Shown in pieces: positions 9,901-17,982 of a stretch of 37,989 nucleotides of DNA. The DNA is from Nitrospirota bacterium (GTDB lineage Bacteria > Nitrospirota > Thermodesulfovibrionia > UBA6902): NCBI GenBank assembly GCA_011040095.1, contig DRDE01000038.1:1-37989 (forward strand). The letters run 5' to 3'. Every line of letters starts with the position of its first letter. Position 1 is the stretch's first letter. A program made the translations under genes and the position numbers. The notes under the pieces are model-generated. The model was not told the DNA's origin and made no database searches. It saw only the letters and a program-made list of their open reading frames with translations.

Positions 9901-10664
9901 TAATTGTCAGCTATACCCACGGGCTTGAAGTTGATGAAGTAATTTCAATGAGAAGAGGTGGATCGAGTTACTTTTACTTAAAAGATGCATTAGGAAGTAT
10001 TGCTGCGCTTATTGATAATACTGAATCAACAGTTAATACATATGAGTATGATGCTTTCGGAAATGTTATTACTCAAACCGGGACTGCTATTAATCCATAT
10101 GGATATACTGGCAGAAGATTTGATACTGAATCAGGGTTGATGTATTATAGGGCAAGATACTATTATGCAAGTATTGGTAGATTTATTAGTGCTGATCCTA
10201 TTGGTTTTATAGGGGGAATAAATTTTCATGTTTATGTTCTTAATAACCCGATAAACAATTCTGACCCAGAAGGGTTGAAAGTTCAAGTATGCTGTAGGTT
10301 ACTTCATGGATGGTTAGGTACTATACTACGACAACGTCATTGTTATATTAAAACCGATAAAAAAAATTACGCATTATTTCCTAAAAAAAATAAACAAGGG
10401 AAGCTCATAGGTGTACCCACAGATAACTCTCCTGATCCAGATGGTAGACCAACTAAATGCGCTGATTGCCCACCATTGCCTGATTGTAAAACTGAAGAAT
10501 GCTTGGCAAACGCACACAAAGCCTATCCTATAGGAAAATACTTCTTTTTAGGACCAAACAGCAATACCTATGCAGGAACGTTAGCTAGAAAGTGCTGCAA
10601 GGGAGGAGTACCTAAGGGACTTGGTTCAGCTCCTGGAATAAATGATAACCCCCCTGTTCCTTAA
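6933..10664 (+). CDS. Rhs/YD-repeat protein with Sec-type signal peptide, DUF6531-like region, Rhs core and Cys-rich C-terminal domain
   Basis: Basic-hydrophobic N-terminus; PVYANTG..RTYNS..GYGW; many YTYDxxGN/TDxLGN repeats; core GLMYYRARYY..GRFISADPIG..NNPINNSDPEGL; CT from ~10278. Confidence 0.95.
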   Translation: MRCNKYVKRINIALFLILLVTLFLPNNSFSYNKSWDQGHKVVETSPGSGLWGRWDYDGKWVGTYTSKECCELLCKICPVYANTGRLQKTYTDLTVPGVGPALNITRTYNSQEWASGLLGYGWTFNLGRRLIIGRSNAGDKIIGVLLETGEKNFYKEHTDNTLERLTDYGATYKLIKNADNTYTIKNIDGTRYELRKDGKIAKVIDKNNNELVFTYNAVGCLTRITNASGNYVDLVLGPNGKIANISDNLGRTISYGYDDNGNLTSVTDPMGNITQYVYDSDNLLTQIIDARGNTVETVSYDNNQPPRVSTFTEKGETYTVAYYNGYTVKTDSSGNAWTYYYNDVGVITKVIDPLGNVKELSLNKITATSKDWEEDLNGNRTTYTYDVDGNIASKTDPLGNTWTYTYVAGTDWLLTETDPMGHVTKYEYDSNGNIVKITRDYGGPLENATTYTYNSAGNRTSMTDSLGNVTLYAYDSDGNLTQVTDALGNVTTYTYDSFGNKLTETDPLGNTTTYTYDLLNRLTSVTDALGNSTTITYDPNGNIQSLTDAAGNTTSHTYDAYNRLIQTTDPLGNVTQFTYDSQGNKTSIVDANGNTTSFSYNVLNRLVSETNALGNTTSYTYDANGNRTAITDANGNTTTFTYDALNRLIKTTYPDGTFETFSYNADGNLIARTDRNGNTINSTYDSLHRLTVKTYPDATTTNFTYDTNGNILTASNSDVSYAFTYDALNRVTRVTNVSLGKSVSYSYICCGLKSSMTNPEGGVTTYTYDALKRLTSLTNPQGETTSYTYDNLSRTVRKDLANGSYTIYNYDAVSRLVSLINKTSANSVISSYSYTYDNTSNRTSMTTLSGKHNYTYDKIYELLQATHPTSSTETYTYDPVYNRLTSDSYPSWTYDSNNRLTSFNGTSFTYDANGNTISKTDTSGVTTYQYDYENKLVRIDYPDGTYSEYRYDPFGDRIKKDVNGTVTWFVYDLMKELPDMLAEYDGGNSLIVSYTHGLEVDEVISMRRGGSSYFYLKDALGSIAALIDNTESTVNTYEYDAFGNVITQTGTAINPYGYTGRRFDTESGLMYYRARYYYASIGRFISADPIGFIGGINFHVYVLNNPINNSDPEGLKVQVCCRLLHGWLGTILRQRHCYIKTDKKNYALFPKKNKQGKLIGVPTDNSPDPDGRPTKCADCPPLPDCKTEECLANAHKAYPIGKYFFLGPNSNTYAGTLARKCCKGGVPKGLGSAPGINDNPPVP

Positions 10665-10744
10665 TCTGGGGAAGTTTAAAGAGATGGTTGAAATTGGTAA
10701 AATGTATAATATTATAAAGAGAATAAATTGTACGAGGTCAGTTT

Positions 10745-11644
10745 ATGCAGAGGCGAAATACATTATTCCCAATGGCTATTATAAGTATTTCATCATTTTT
10801 CTTGGTAGCCATGGGTCAGTTGCAAGTTAATGGTTTTACCGATTTAAAACAAAGCAAGTTTCTATTTTGTGATTCACAAGAAATAGCAGTTGGCTTCTTT
10901 AAAAAAAATAAATTAGAGCTTAATCCTTTAAATCTAAGTTTGAAAATCGAAGATATACATAATTGTTCATACTCAAAAGAAAAAAAATTGATCATTGCTG
11001 CTGTCAGCAATAGACAATTTGCGCAACACGAAATATTGTTTATAAACCCAAATAATGGTTTAGTTAATGTCTTAATGAAGCAAGAGATCATTTATCATGT
11101 TTCAATTTCGAATTCAGGAGAAAACATTGTCTTCACAGCACCTCCTACTAAAGGTGATAATGGTGTAAGTTTATATTTATACGATCTGGAAAAGGGATTG
11201 ATACATTTGCTTGTAGCGGATGAAGTACATAGATTAAGTATTCCATCTTGGAGCATAGATGGAAAAAAAATTGTTTATCATGATATCCATAATCAAATAA
11301 TATGTGTTAATTTTTCCACAGGAGAGAAAAGAGAGATTTTTACTACTGGAGAATTTCCAGTTTTTTCGCCTTTCAATGCAAATCAGATTGCATATATAAA
11401 AGATGGTAGAATTTATATATGGGACTTTATGACTAAAGCCAGCAAAGAAATATTTCGTAGTAATTGGTTCTGGCAATCAGAACCCTTTGGGCGATTAAGT
11501 TGGTCAATTAACGGAAAATACATTATCTTTTGTAGAGCAACTGGTCTAACCGGATATAAAAAAACCTTTTATGCTGTTAATGTTAAAGATAAAAAGGTAA
11601 TGAAAATTTATGAAGGGTATATTAAGGAATTGCAATTCATGTGA
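10745..11644 (+). CDS. TolB/PD40-like beta-propeller protein, candidate immunity protein
   Basis: Directly after the Rhs CT; N-terminal hydrophobic segment; PSWSIDGKKIVY, PVFSPF, LSWSINGKYIIF repeats; AT-rich like the CT. Confidence 0.7.
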   Translation: MQRRNTLFPMAIISISSFFLVAMGQLQVNGFTDLKQSKFLFCDSQEIAVGFFKKNKLELNPLNLSLKIEDIHNCSYSKEKKLIIAAVSNRQFAQHEILFINPNNGLVNVLMKQEIIYHVSISNSGENIVFTAPPTKGDNGVSLYLYDLEKGLIHLLVADEVHRLSIPSWSIDGKKIVYHDIHNQIICVNFSTGEKREIFTTGEFPVFSPFNANQIAYIKDGRIYIWDFMTKASKEIFRSNWFWQSEPFGRLSWSINGKYIIFCRATGLTGYKKTFYAVNVKDKKVMKIYEGYIKELQFM

Positions 11645-11864
11645 GGATAGAGAGACAAGAGTCATAATCCTATCTTCGTGCCGGGCATCTTATAAAGGGG
11701 GCTACTGACAGGGAGCTCAATATTTCCTTACTATAAAGTAAGGGATATGGGGTCAAATCTTTACTATAAACAAAAGCTGTATATTCCCTTAATGAGAGAA
11801 CATTTGACATTTCATATAATAATACAGAAGAGCTTAAGTTAGATTTTAGAATCAGGAGTCAAGA

Positions 11865-12275
11865 TTAAATGAGCTTCAGGCATTTTTTAGCAGTTAAAAC
11901 TTTAAAGGGTAAATCTGAATGGTGGTTGAGAAAGTGCCGGTTTTCGGAGATGAGGGCATCTGCCCCAACCCATTCGGGATATGCTGCAATAAAAGCATCT
12001 GCAGGTTTAAGACCTCTGGCTTCGTATTTAGCCGCTGTTTCGAAAGGAACTACAATGTCTTCGTCAATTGTGGTTAGGGTATTTATTACTTTAATAAATG
12101 TAGCAAAATCTTCAGGCGAGAGATGGCTGCGAACTTCTTCAACAATTCTGCGGGAGATACGAAGGGTATGCAATTTGTGTTTATCAACGATTTCAAGGAT
12201 TATTTTTTTACATGCAGGAACTTTTACAAGTCCAAAACCGAATATATATACATTTGAATCAATGACGAGCAGCAA
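11865..12275 (-). CDS. PIN domain (VapC-like) protein
   Basis: VIDSNV, EEV, ADAFIA, LISEN PIN motifs; likely TTG start at 12275 behind a GGAGG RBS (ORF track extends it to 12320). Confidence 0.8.
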   Translation of the reverse strand: MLLVIDSNVYIFGFGLVKVPACKKIILEIVDKHKLHTLRISRRIVEEVRSHLSPEDFATFIKVINTLTTIDEDIVVPFETAAKYEARGLKPADAFIAAYPEWVGADALISENRHFLNHHSDLPFKVLTAKKCLKLI

Positions 12276-12426
12276 ACTTTTCCTCCCAGAGTTTCTCCCT
12301 GACTTTGCGTATTGCTTCAATAGCTTCTTCCTTGGTCATTCCTGCAAGCGGATTGCGTTTTTTAGATACACTTTTGCAAAGCTCGTCCCACAGTCTTTTA
12401 GCTTCTTTTACGTTTTTATTTTTCAT
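12259..12426 (-). CDS. 55-aa putative antitoxin (MKNKNVKEAKRLWDELCK...WEEKFAARH), not in the ORF track
   Basis: ATG at 12426 after GAGGTG; its 3' end overlaps the PIN start; charged helical composition. Confidence 0.65.
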   Translation of the reverse strand: MKNKNVKEAKRLWDELCKSVSKKRNPLAGMTKEEAIEAIRKVREKLWEEKFAARH

Positions 12427-12432
12427 GATTTA

Positions 12433-12501
12433 TCACCTCTTAAAACCAGCTTTTCTGAATGCCCTGACAGCTCTCTCCGCAGAGACATCAGTAAAGAGCA
12501 T
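12433..12501 (-). pseudogene. HicA-like toxin N-terminal remnant (MLFTDVSAERAVRAFRKAGFKR*)
   Basis: Resembles HicA N-termini (S..xxRAxxKAGF); truncated after 22 aa; starts right after the HicB-like fragment. Confidence 0.55.
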
Positions 12502-12502
12502 T

Positions 12503-12610
12503 CTAAGCAGGAACCTCTACTTCATAAACAGCGGCATCCTTTGTCTCTTCAGCTATCATATGGAGGTATGTCTTAATGGCATCTTTAATGTTATCGATGG
12601 CTTCTTCTCT
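12503..12610 (-). pseudogene. HicB-like antitoxin C-terminal remnant (REEAIDNIKDAIKTYL...EVEVPA*)
   Basis: EEAxxNIxDAI motif typical of short HicB proteins; no start codon or N-terminal half upstream. Confidence 0.65.
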
Positions 12611-12761
12611 TAAATATAAAATTAAGACTTATTTAATCCTATTCTATGGTCAATTCCTAAAAGAAGTCAAGCACAATAAAAATGAAAGAGGGAATGGGCT
12701 CAGGCTTGAAAATTGACATTTAATCGAAAAAAAGAAGTGAACTAACTTTTTGAATTCAGCA

Positions 12762-13382
12762 ATGGAAAATAAAAATAAGGAAAAAGCAATTGAATATGAA
12801 AGCGGGCTTGTAAAATCATTTGATTTTGTACTGAGGGAGGCGGAGGAATTGTATGAGGGACACGGGCGGCTTAGAGAGACATTTGAACGCCTTGCAAGAT
12901 GCCTGGAATATGTAGGCGTTTCTTATAGTCTTGTTGGTGGTTATGCCCTTATTCTTCACGGTGTGCGGCGCTTTACTGAGGATATAGACCTGTTAGTTTC
13001 AAATGAAGGATTGGCTAAAATCCATAAAGAACTTATCGGGAAAGGTTATATCAGGGTTGCGCCGGAAAGTCGTAATCTCAGGGACGCTGAGACCGGTGTA
13101 CAGATTGAATTTTTAGTAACAGGACAATTCCCTGGAGACGGGAAGCCTAAGCCGGTCGCCTTTCCTGACCCGCGGGCTGTAATGGAAAAGCATGAAGGGA
13201 TCAAGGTTGTAAACCTCAAATCATTAATCGAACTCAAGCTGGCTTCGGGGATGACCTCAAAAGAGCGATTACAGGATTTAGCTGATGTGCAACGGCTAAT
13301 AAAGGTACATCATTTGACTACCACCTTTGCTCAGAAACTGCATCCATATGTCCGGGATAAGTTTTTAGAATTGTTGTCATAA
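12762..13382 (+). CDS. Nucleotidyltransferase-family protein (pol-beta/AbiEii-like)
   Basis: LVGGYAL..HG..RFTEDIDLLV motif; C-terminal LIELKL..R.QDLADV. Start is ATG 12762 or TTG 12750. Confidence 0.8.
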   Translation: MENKNKEKAIEYESGLVKSFDFVLREAEELYEGHGRLRETFERLARCLEYVGVSYSLVGGYALILHGVRRFTEDIDLLVSNEGLAKIHKELIGKGYIRVAPESRNLRDAETGVQIEFLVTGQFPGDGKPKPVAFPDPRAVMEKHEGIKVVNLKSLIELKLASGMTSKERLQDLADVQRLIKVHHLTTTFAQKLHPYVRDKFLELLS

Positions 13383-13400
13383 ATGGAAGCAATGGTGGTC

Positions 13401-13566
13401 ATGAATATTGAAATTGAAGAAGGGTAAAGTGAAGATAAATTCTGCCACGGCTGATGTAAAAGAACTGGAGGGAATACTTCACAAGCCCGGTAGAAAGGTG
13501 GTTTCTATTGTAAAAATGAAACAGGCTGTTAAAAAACGTTTTAGAAAAAGGGGTCTATTATGTTAA
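13401..13566 (+). pseudogene. AbrB/MazE-type antitoxin C-terminal remnant with a frameshift
   Basis: MNIEIEEG* followed in the shifted frame by GKVKINSATADVKELEGILHKPGRKVVSIVKMKQAV, resembling the tail of AbrB-family antitoxins. Confidence 0.45.
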
Positions 13567-14027
13567 TTATGAAAAAAATTAAAATGGATTTTTTGATGAG
13601 CGTCTTGTTTTTTCTAATCATTTCAGGGATTACCTTTAACCCTTCAATTTCTTCCGCCGAGATGACAGTAGACTCCTATTGCCAGCTCACCATTGAAAGT
13701 ATGCAGCAGGATATTTCTAATTATCAGGAATTGATTGCACTTGTTAATCAATATAGTAATGATCCGGAGACATTGGCTCAACAGGAAGAGATAAAGAGAA
13801 CGGAATTTGATGAGGATAGGGATACCCTTTACTCTTCATATGGAACAACTGCTGACGAATATGTTCTCTATATGGGAAAAAATGGAAAAGCAGTTAATGA
13901 ATATCTTGAAGCAAATACGGATGTAAAACAGCAAATTGATGACCTGTCTGCTCAGGTCAATTCACTGATGGAAGAATACGAGACTTTGAAAGAGGGTGTA
14001 ATAAATCCTGAGCCGCCGTTACCCTAA
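13560..14027 (+). CDS. Secreted acidic helical hypothetical protein
   Basis: Signal peptide ending SSA-E; D/E-rich, helical-looking body; the true start may be a later Met. Confidence 0.75.
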   Translation: MLIMKKIKMDFLMSVLFFLIISGITFNPSISSAEMTVDSYCQLTIESMQQDISNYQELIALVNQYSNDPETLAQQEEIKRTEFDEDRDTLYSSYGTTADEYVLYMGKNGKAVNEYLEANTDVKQQIDDLSAQVNSLMEEYETLKEGVINPEPPLP

Positions 14028-14137
14028 ATCCAATCCACGAAGGGCGCTAAGATTCGCGAAGTGGTAAGTTGAAATAAACAAACTTATTTGTATCATGAGA
14101 ATTGCATTTTTTAAAGTACTTATGAAAAATAACATCA

Positions 14138-14461
14138 ATGACTATAGATATCTTAGAGTTCATAAAATCATGTATTAAACGTCGCAGAATATACTGGACA
14201 TATCATGTTAATGTGAGATTGAAGGGACGATCAATCTCCCGTGAACTTGTATTGGCATCCGTGGACTCCTATGAAATAATTGAGGAATATCCTGAAGATA
14301 AATATTTACCAAGTTATCTGATTTATGCAGAATATAAAGAAGAGATTATTCACATTCTTATTGCCGCAGATCAAGAGAATGATAATATAAGGATCATTAC
14401 TGCTTACAGACCTTCACTGGATAAATGGAAGAGTGATTTTAAGACAAGGAGAATACAATGA
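14138..14461 (+). CDS. DUF4258 domain protein (RelE/BrnT-like putative toxin)
   Basis: WTYHV..R, IIEEYPEDKYLPSYLI, IITAYRP..W motifs. Confidence 0.85.
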   Translation: MTIDILEFIKSCIKRRRIYWTYHVNVRLKGRSISRELVLASVDSYEIIEEYPEDKYLPSYLIYAEYKEEIIHILIAADQENDNIRIITAYRPSLDKWKSDFKTRRIQ

Positions 14462-14679
14462 ACTGTCATAACTGTGGTGGACAATTAGAGAAGGTTGCTA
14501 CTGATTTACCCTTTAAAATTAAAAGTGACTCCATTGTTATTATCAAAAAATTGCCTGTCCAGCAATGTCAAAATTGTAATGAGTATTTAATTGAAGACTC
14601 AGTGATGGAGAAAGTAGACAATATTTTGAACAAAGTTGATAAAACCGCTGAGCTTGAAATTCTCAGTTACGCTGTATAA
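14458..14679 (+). CDS. YgiT-type (MqsA-like) zinc-finger protein
   Basis: CHNCGG...CQNCNE; ATGA overlap with the DUF4258 gene. Confidence 0.85.
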   Translation: MNCHNCGGQLEKVATDLPFKIKSDSIVIIKKLPVQQCQNCNEYLIEDSVMEKVDNILNKVDKTAELEILSYAV

Positions 14680-14826
14680 GAGTTGCTGACAGTAACAGAT
14701 TTGTAATAAATCTTTCTTTTAAATTATACAGAAAAATCTGCGATCAACGAAGATCACGAAAGTTCACGAGGAAATATATGTTAGTGCATATTCGTGTCTT
14801 TCGTGGATATATTATTCTTTATAAAT

Positions 14827-15717
14827 ATGACGAAAATTATAAAGCTAATTTTATGTCTTGTGCTTATTCTTGCAGGCAATGTATATGCTGATGTATCTCA
14901 ATCAAGATTGGTATTTGTGGCTAATGTCGATGGAAATTGGGATATCTATTCCGTTGATGAAGATGGCGGCAATGTAGTCCGCCTGACATCCACTCCTTAT
15001 GATGAAAAAGACCCTGCATGGTCTTATGACAGAAAGAAAATAGTCTATGCAACAAGCGACGGTCAGTTGAATATTCTTGATATTAATACTAAAAAGTCCG
15101 GGCAGATTGCTGTTGATGAAAAAAAGACTGCCAAATTTTCTCCTTCCTTTTCACCTGATGGCAAAAACATATCATTTGTACAATTTAAATCAGGAAGCGG
15201 GGATGATACCGACCTGATAATATTCAATCTTGAAACAAAACAGAATAGAAGGGTGATTGATCAGCCTGGAGCGCAAATGTGGCCTGCATGGTCGCCTGAT
15301 GGCAGACGCCTGGTTTATACCAGTGTTCACTGTTTATCTGATTGCGGTAGAATTATCCAGGAACTCTGGATAACTGATCCAACAGGAGATTATGCCCGAC
15401 AACTTATAATGACCGGTTCGCTTTCCCAGCAACCTGCATGGTCGCCTGATGGCAATCAAATAGCCTTTTCTTCGGATAAGAGCGGTAATTTTGATATATG
15501 GATATTGTCTTTGAAAGATTGGAAATCGGAACAAATCACCATGGACGAAAATCTTGATGTAAGCCCTGCGTGGTCACCGGACGGGAACAAGCTTGCTTTT
15601 ATTTCCAACAGGACGGGGACCATGGAGATATGGATTAAAGACTTGAACAGTGCTGAACTGAGAAGATTAACGCCTTTTGGTAATAAGAATATTGAATGCA
15701 AGGACATTGCCTGGTAG
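14827..15717 (+). CDS. Secreted TolB-like PD40 beta-propeller protein
   Basis: Signal peptide ending VYA-D; repeated PAWSPDG; no TolB N-terminal domain and no tol-pal context. ATG 14827 preferred to GTG 14794. Confidence 0.88.
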   Translation: MTKIIKLILCLVLILAGNVYADVSQSRLVFVANVDGNWDIYSVDEDGGNVVRLTSTPYDEKDPAWSYDRKKIVYATSDGQLNILDINTKKSGQIAVDEKKTAKFSPSFSPDGKNISFVQFKSGSGDDTDLIIFNLETKQNRRVIDQPGAQMWPAWSPDGRRLVYTSVHCLSDCGRIIQELWITDPTGDYARQLIMTGSLSQQPAWSPDGNQIAFSSDKSGNFDIWILSLKDWKSEQITMDENLDVSPAWSPDGNKLAFISNRTGTMEIWIKDLNSAELRRLTPFGNKNIECKDIAW

Positions 15718-15781
15718 ATGATAAATCATCCCCTTAGCAAGGGGACATTAGGAATTGATTGATTTTATAAAAGGAGAAATT

Positions 15782-16984
15782 ATGAAGAAATGTATTTCTG
15801 TCTTGATTTTATTTCTAATCTATTCATGTGCTGTACAATCTGCCGTTAAAAATGATGCTCCTATTTCGCCGAAACCGGAGCTTCTTTCAGAAATACCTGC
15901 TCGAACATCGGAAGAATCAGCATTATCGCCTATTGCAGATATAAAACCACTGTATGGAAAACTGTTGTCAAATATTAAAATCTCCAAAACATCTTTTAAC
16001 CCCCAATATGGCCAAAGAGTAGATATATCTTTCCATCTCTCAAAACCTGCCAAGGTGACTACGCACGTTTATGACCCTGACTGGGAACTGGTTAAAACTA
16101 TTGTTGATGATAAAAACCTTGTTCAAGGTGAACAAATAGTTTCCTGGAATGGAAAGGATATGGATGGCAATGTTATGCCGGATGAGGCTTATTTTTGCAC
16201 CATTACTGCTGAAGATAAAACAGGGACAAAAGAAATCTATGATCCGACTACGTTTACAGGTGGAATTGAGCATGATATAACATCAGCAGACATTAGTCCG
16301 GAAAATGGAACTTTAATATATAAGATGCCGGAAATGGGAAGGGTTCTTATTCGTACAGGGATTGAAGGCGGCCCTTTGTTGAATACCGTCGTTGATTGGA
16401 AGCCCAGGATAAAAGGCATGGTGACCGAGTACTGGAACGGCAAGGATAAGGACAATCTCGTTGATCTCTATAATCATCCCAAATTCAAGATGCTTATTAC
16501 CTACTTTTCCTTACCCGATAATTCAGTTATATCCTATGGAAATAAGAGAATAGAGTATAGAGACTATAAAAGATCCCTTATTGTCCAAAGACCGGCTAAG
16601 AAGAAACGGGCAAGCCCGGCATCAAAAACCTCTCAACACTATCGTCTTTCCAGAACAGTGGATTATTCACCGGATGTGAAGATAGACTTCATAAACACTC
16701 AGGGAACAGATAGTGATGGCACCACCATTATCCTCAAAGGAAAAACCATTGTTAAGGTTGAGTTGGATGAGCAGGACAAGGTGATTTTTCAAAACCAGCA
16801 ATTTGAGATCGTTTTCTTCCTTGACAATGAGTTCTATGCTGAGGATGAAGCCGGATATACGCCATTTAACTGGGTTTGGGATCTCTCAAACGTGGAGGAA
16901 GGTGAACATTTGCTCACTGTAAATCTGTCCAGTTTTAAAGATCAGATCGGCATACTGAGTCGTAAGGTGCGGGTAGTCAAATGA
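15782..16984 (+). CDS. Lipoprotein with two FlgD Ig-like domains and a C-terminal Ig-like domain
   Basis: MKK..LIYS-C lipobox-like signal; VKTI..SWNGKDMDG and EYWNGKDKDN motifs; AGGAG RBS. Confidence 0.8.
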   Translation: MKKCISVLILFLIYSCAVQSAVKNDAPISPKPELLSEIPARTSEESALSPIADIKPLYGKLLSNIKISKTSFNPQYGQRVDISFHLSKPAKVTTHVYDPDWELVKTIVDDKNLVQGEQIVSWNGKDMDGNVMPDEAYFCTITAEDKTGTKEIYDPTTFTGGIEHDITSADISPENGTLIYKMPEMGRVLIRTGIEGGPLLNTVVDWKPRIKGMVTEYWNGKDKDNLVDLYNHPKFKMLITYFSLPDNSVISYGNKRIEYRDYKRSLIVQRPAKKKRASPASKTSQHYRLSRTVDYSPDVKIDFINTQGTDSDGTTIILKGKTIVKVELDEQDKVIFQNQQFEIVFFLDNEFYAEDEAGYTPFNWVWDLSNVEEGEHLLTVNLSSFKDQIGILSRKVRVVK

Positions 16985-17778
16985 GTCAAATGATAAATCC
17001 ACTAAAGAAGACCCTGAAGGCGCAGAGAAACGCCAGGGTTCTTTTATTATATTCGTGCCCTTGGCGTCCTTCATGGCTGATAATTGTTTTACTGTTCCTG
17101 TCCTCATGCTCAACAGTCAGGTCTGTGTCCGAACAACCGGTTATCACTCCCAAACCTGCGCTTGCATTTGAAGAACAGGTCTATGACTTTGGTATTGCCG
17201 GACCGGAACAGAAGATAAAGCATGCATTTAAATTTATAAATACCGGTTCTGAGCCTTTAAAAATTATAAAATTAAGTCCAAGCTGCGGGTGTACGGCTGC
17301 CCTTTCTTCAGAGGATGAAGTGCCGCCCGGAGGGAGTGGAGAGATACAGGCTATTCTTGAGACCAGAAAATATGCTGGCAGGCAGGAAGCCAGTATTGTA
17401 GTACATTCTAATGACCCGCTCAGGCCGGAAACCGTTCTCACCCTAAAGGGTAATATAAGGAAAGGATTAGCTGTGGTTCCTCAGGGGGTCAGTTTCGGCA
17501 ATATTCAAAAAGGAGAAACTGCTGCTGCTCAGGTGCGCATGCTGCAATTATCTAAAGACCCTTTGGTGTTAGAAAAAATTGAGGCTAATGACAAATTCCT
17601 GACTGTGGAAACTTCAAAATTCAGTGAGGAAAACAGCAGAGGTATCAATATTGATATAATGCTGAAACCCGACATTCCTGCAGGAATGTTCAGCGAGGTT
17701 ATAACGCTTCATACAAACCTGAAAAAATATCAGCGGATAGATGTCCCTGTCATAGCAAATATTCTTGAAAATGATTAA
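16981..17778 (+). CDS. DUF1573 domain protein, probable lipoprotein
   Basis: YDFG..F.F.NTG.EPL.I..L.PSCGCT signature; FLSS-C lipobox-like motif; ATGA overlap with the upstream gene. Confidence 0.85.
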   Translation: MSQMINPLKKTLKAQRNARVLLLYSCPWRPSWLIIVLLFLSSCSTVRSVSEQPVITPKPALAFEEQVYDFGIAGPEQKIKHAFKFINTGSEPLKIIKLSPSCGCTAALSSEDEVPPGGSGEIQAILETRKYAGRQEASIVVHSNDPLRPETVLTLKGNIRKGLAVVPQGVSFGNIQKGETAAAQVRMLQLSKDPLVLEKIEANDKFLTVETSKFSEENSRGINIDIMLKPDIPAGMFSEVITLHTNLKKYQRIDVPVIANILEND

Positions 17779-17982
17779 CATAAGAATCCGGTAAGGTAAG
17801 CAGCGCCAGGATGAGGGTGATGGTGCAAAATTAGCATAGTTTTCTGAAAATAAATAGTTGTTCCATCCTGTCATTGATGTTGAACTAATACATTATCAGT
17901 TCCCATGATATAATATTCTCACAATCTTTGTAAAATCAGGGCTTGGAGGTATAAGTAAAAGTCAAAATTTGGAGGAGGGTAA

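Noticed and set aside
11869-12613. Plus-strand ORFs of 235 aa and 102 aa
   Set aside because: Antisense shadows of the PIN, antitoxin and hicAB remnants, which carry the recognisable motifs.
14827-15717. Calling this gene tolB
   Set aside because: No TolB N-terminal domain and no tolQRA/pal neighbours; propeller only.
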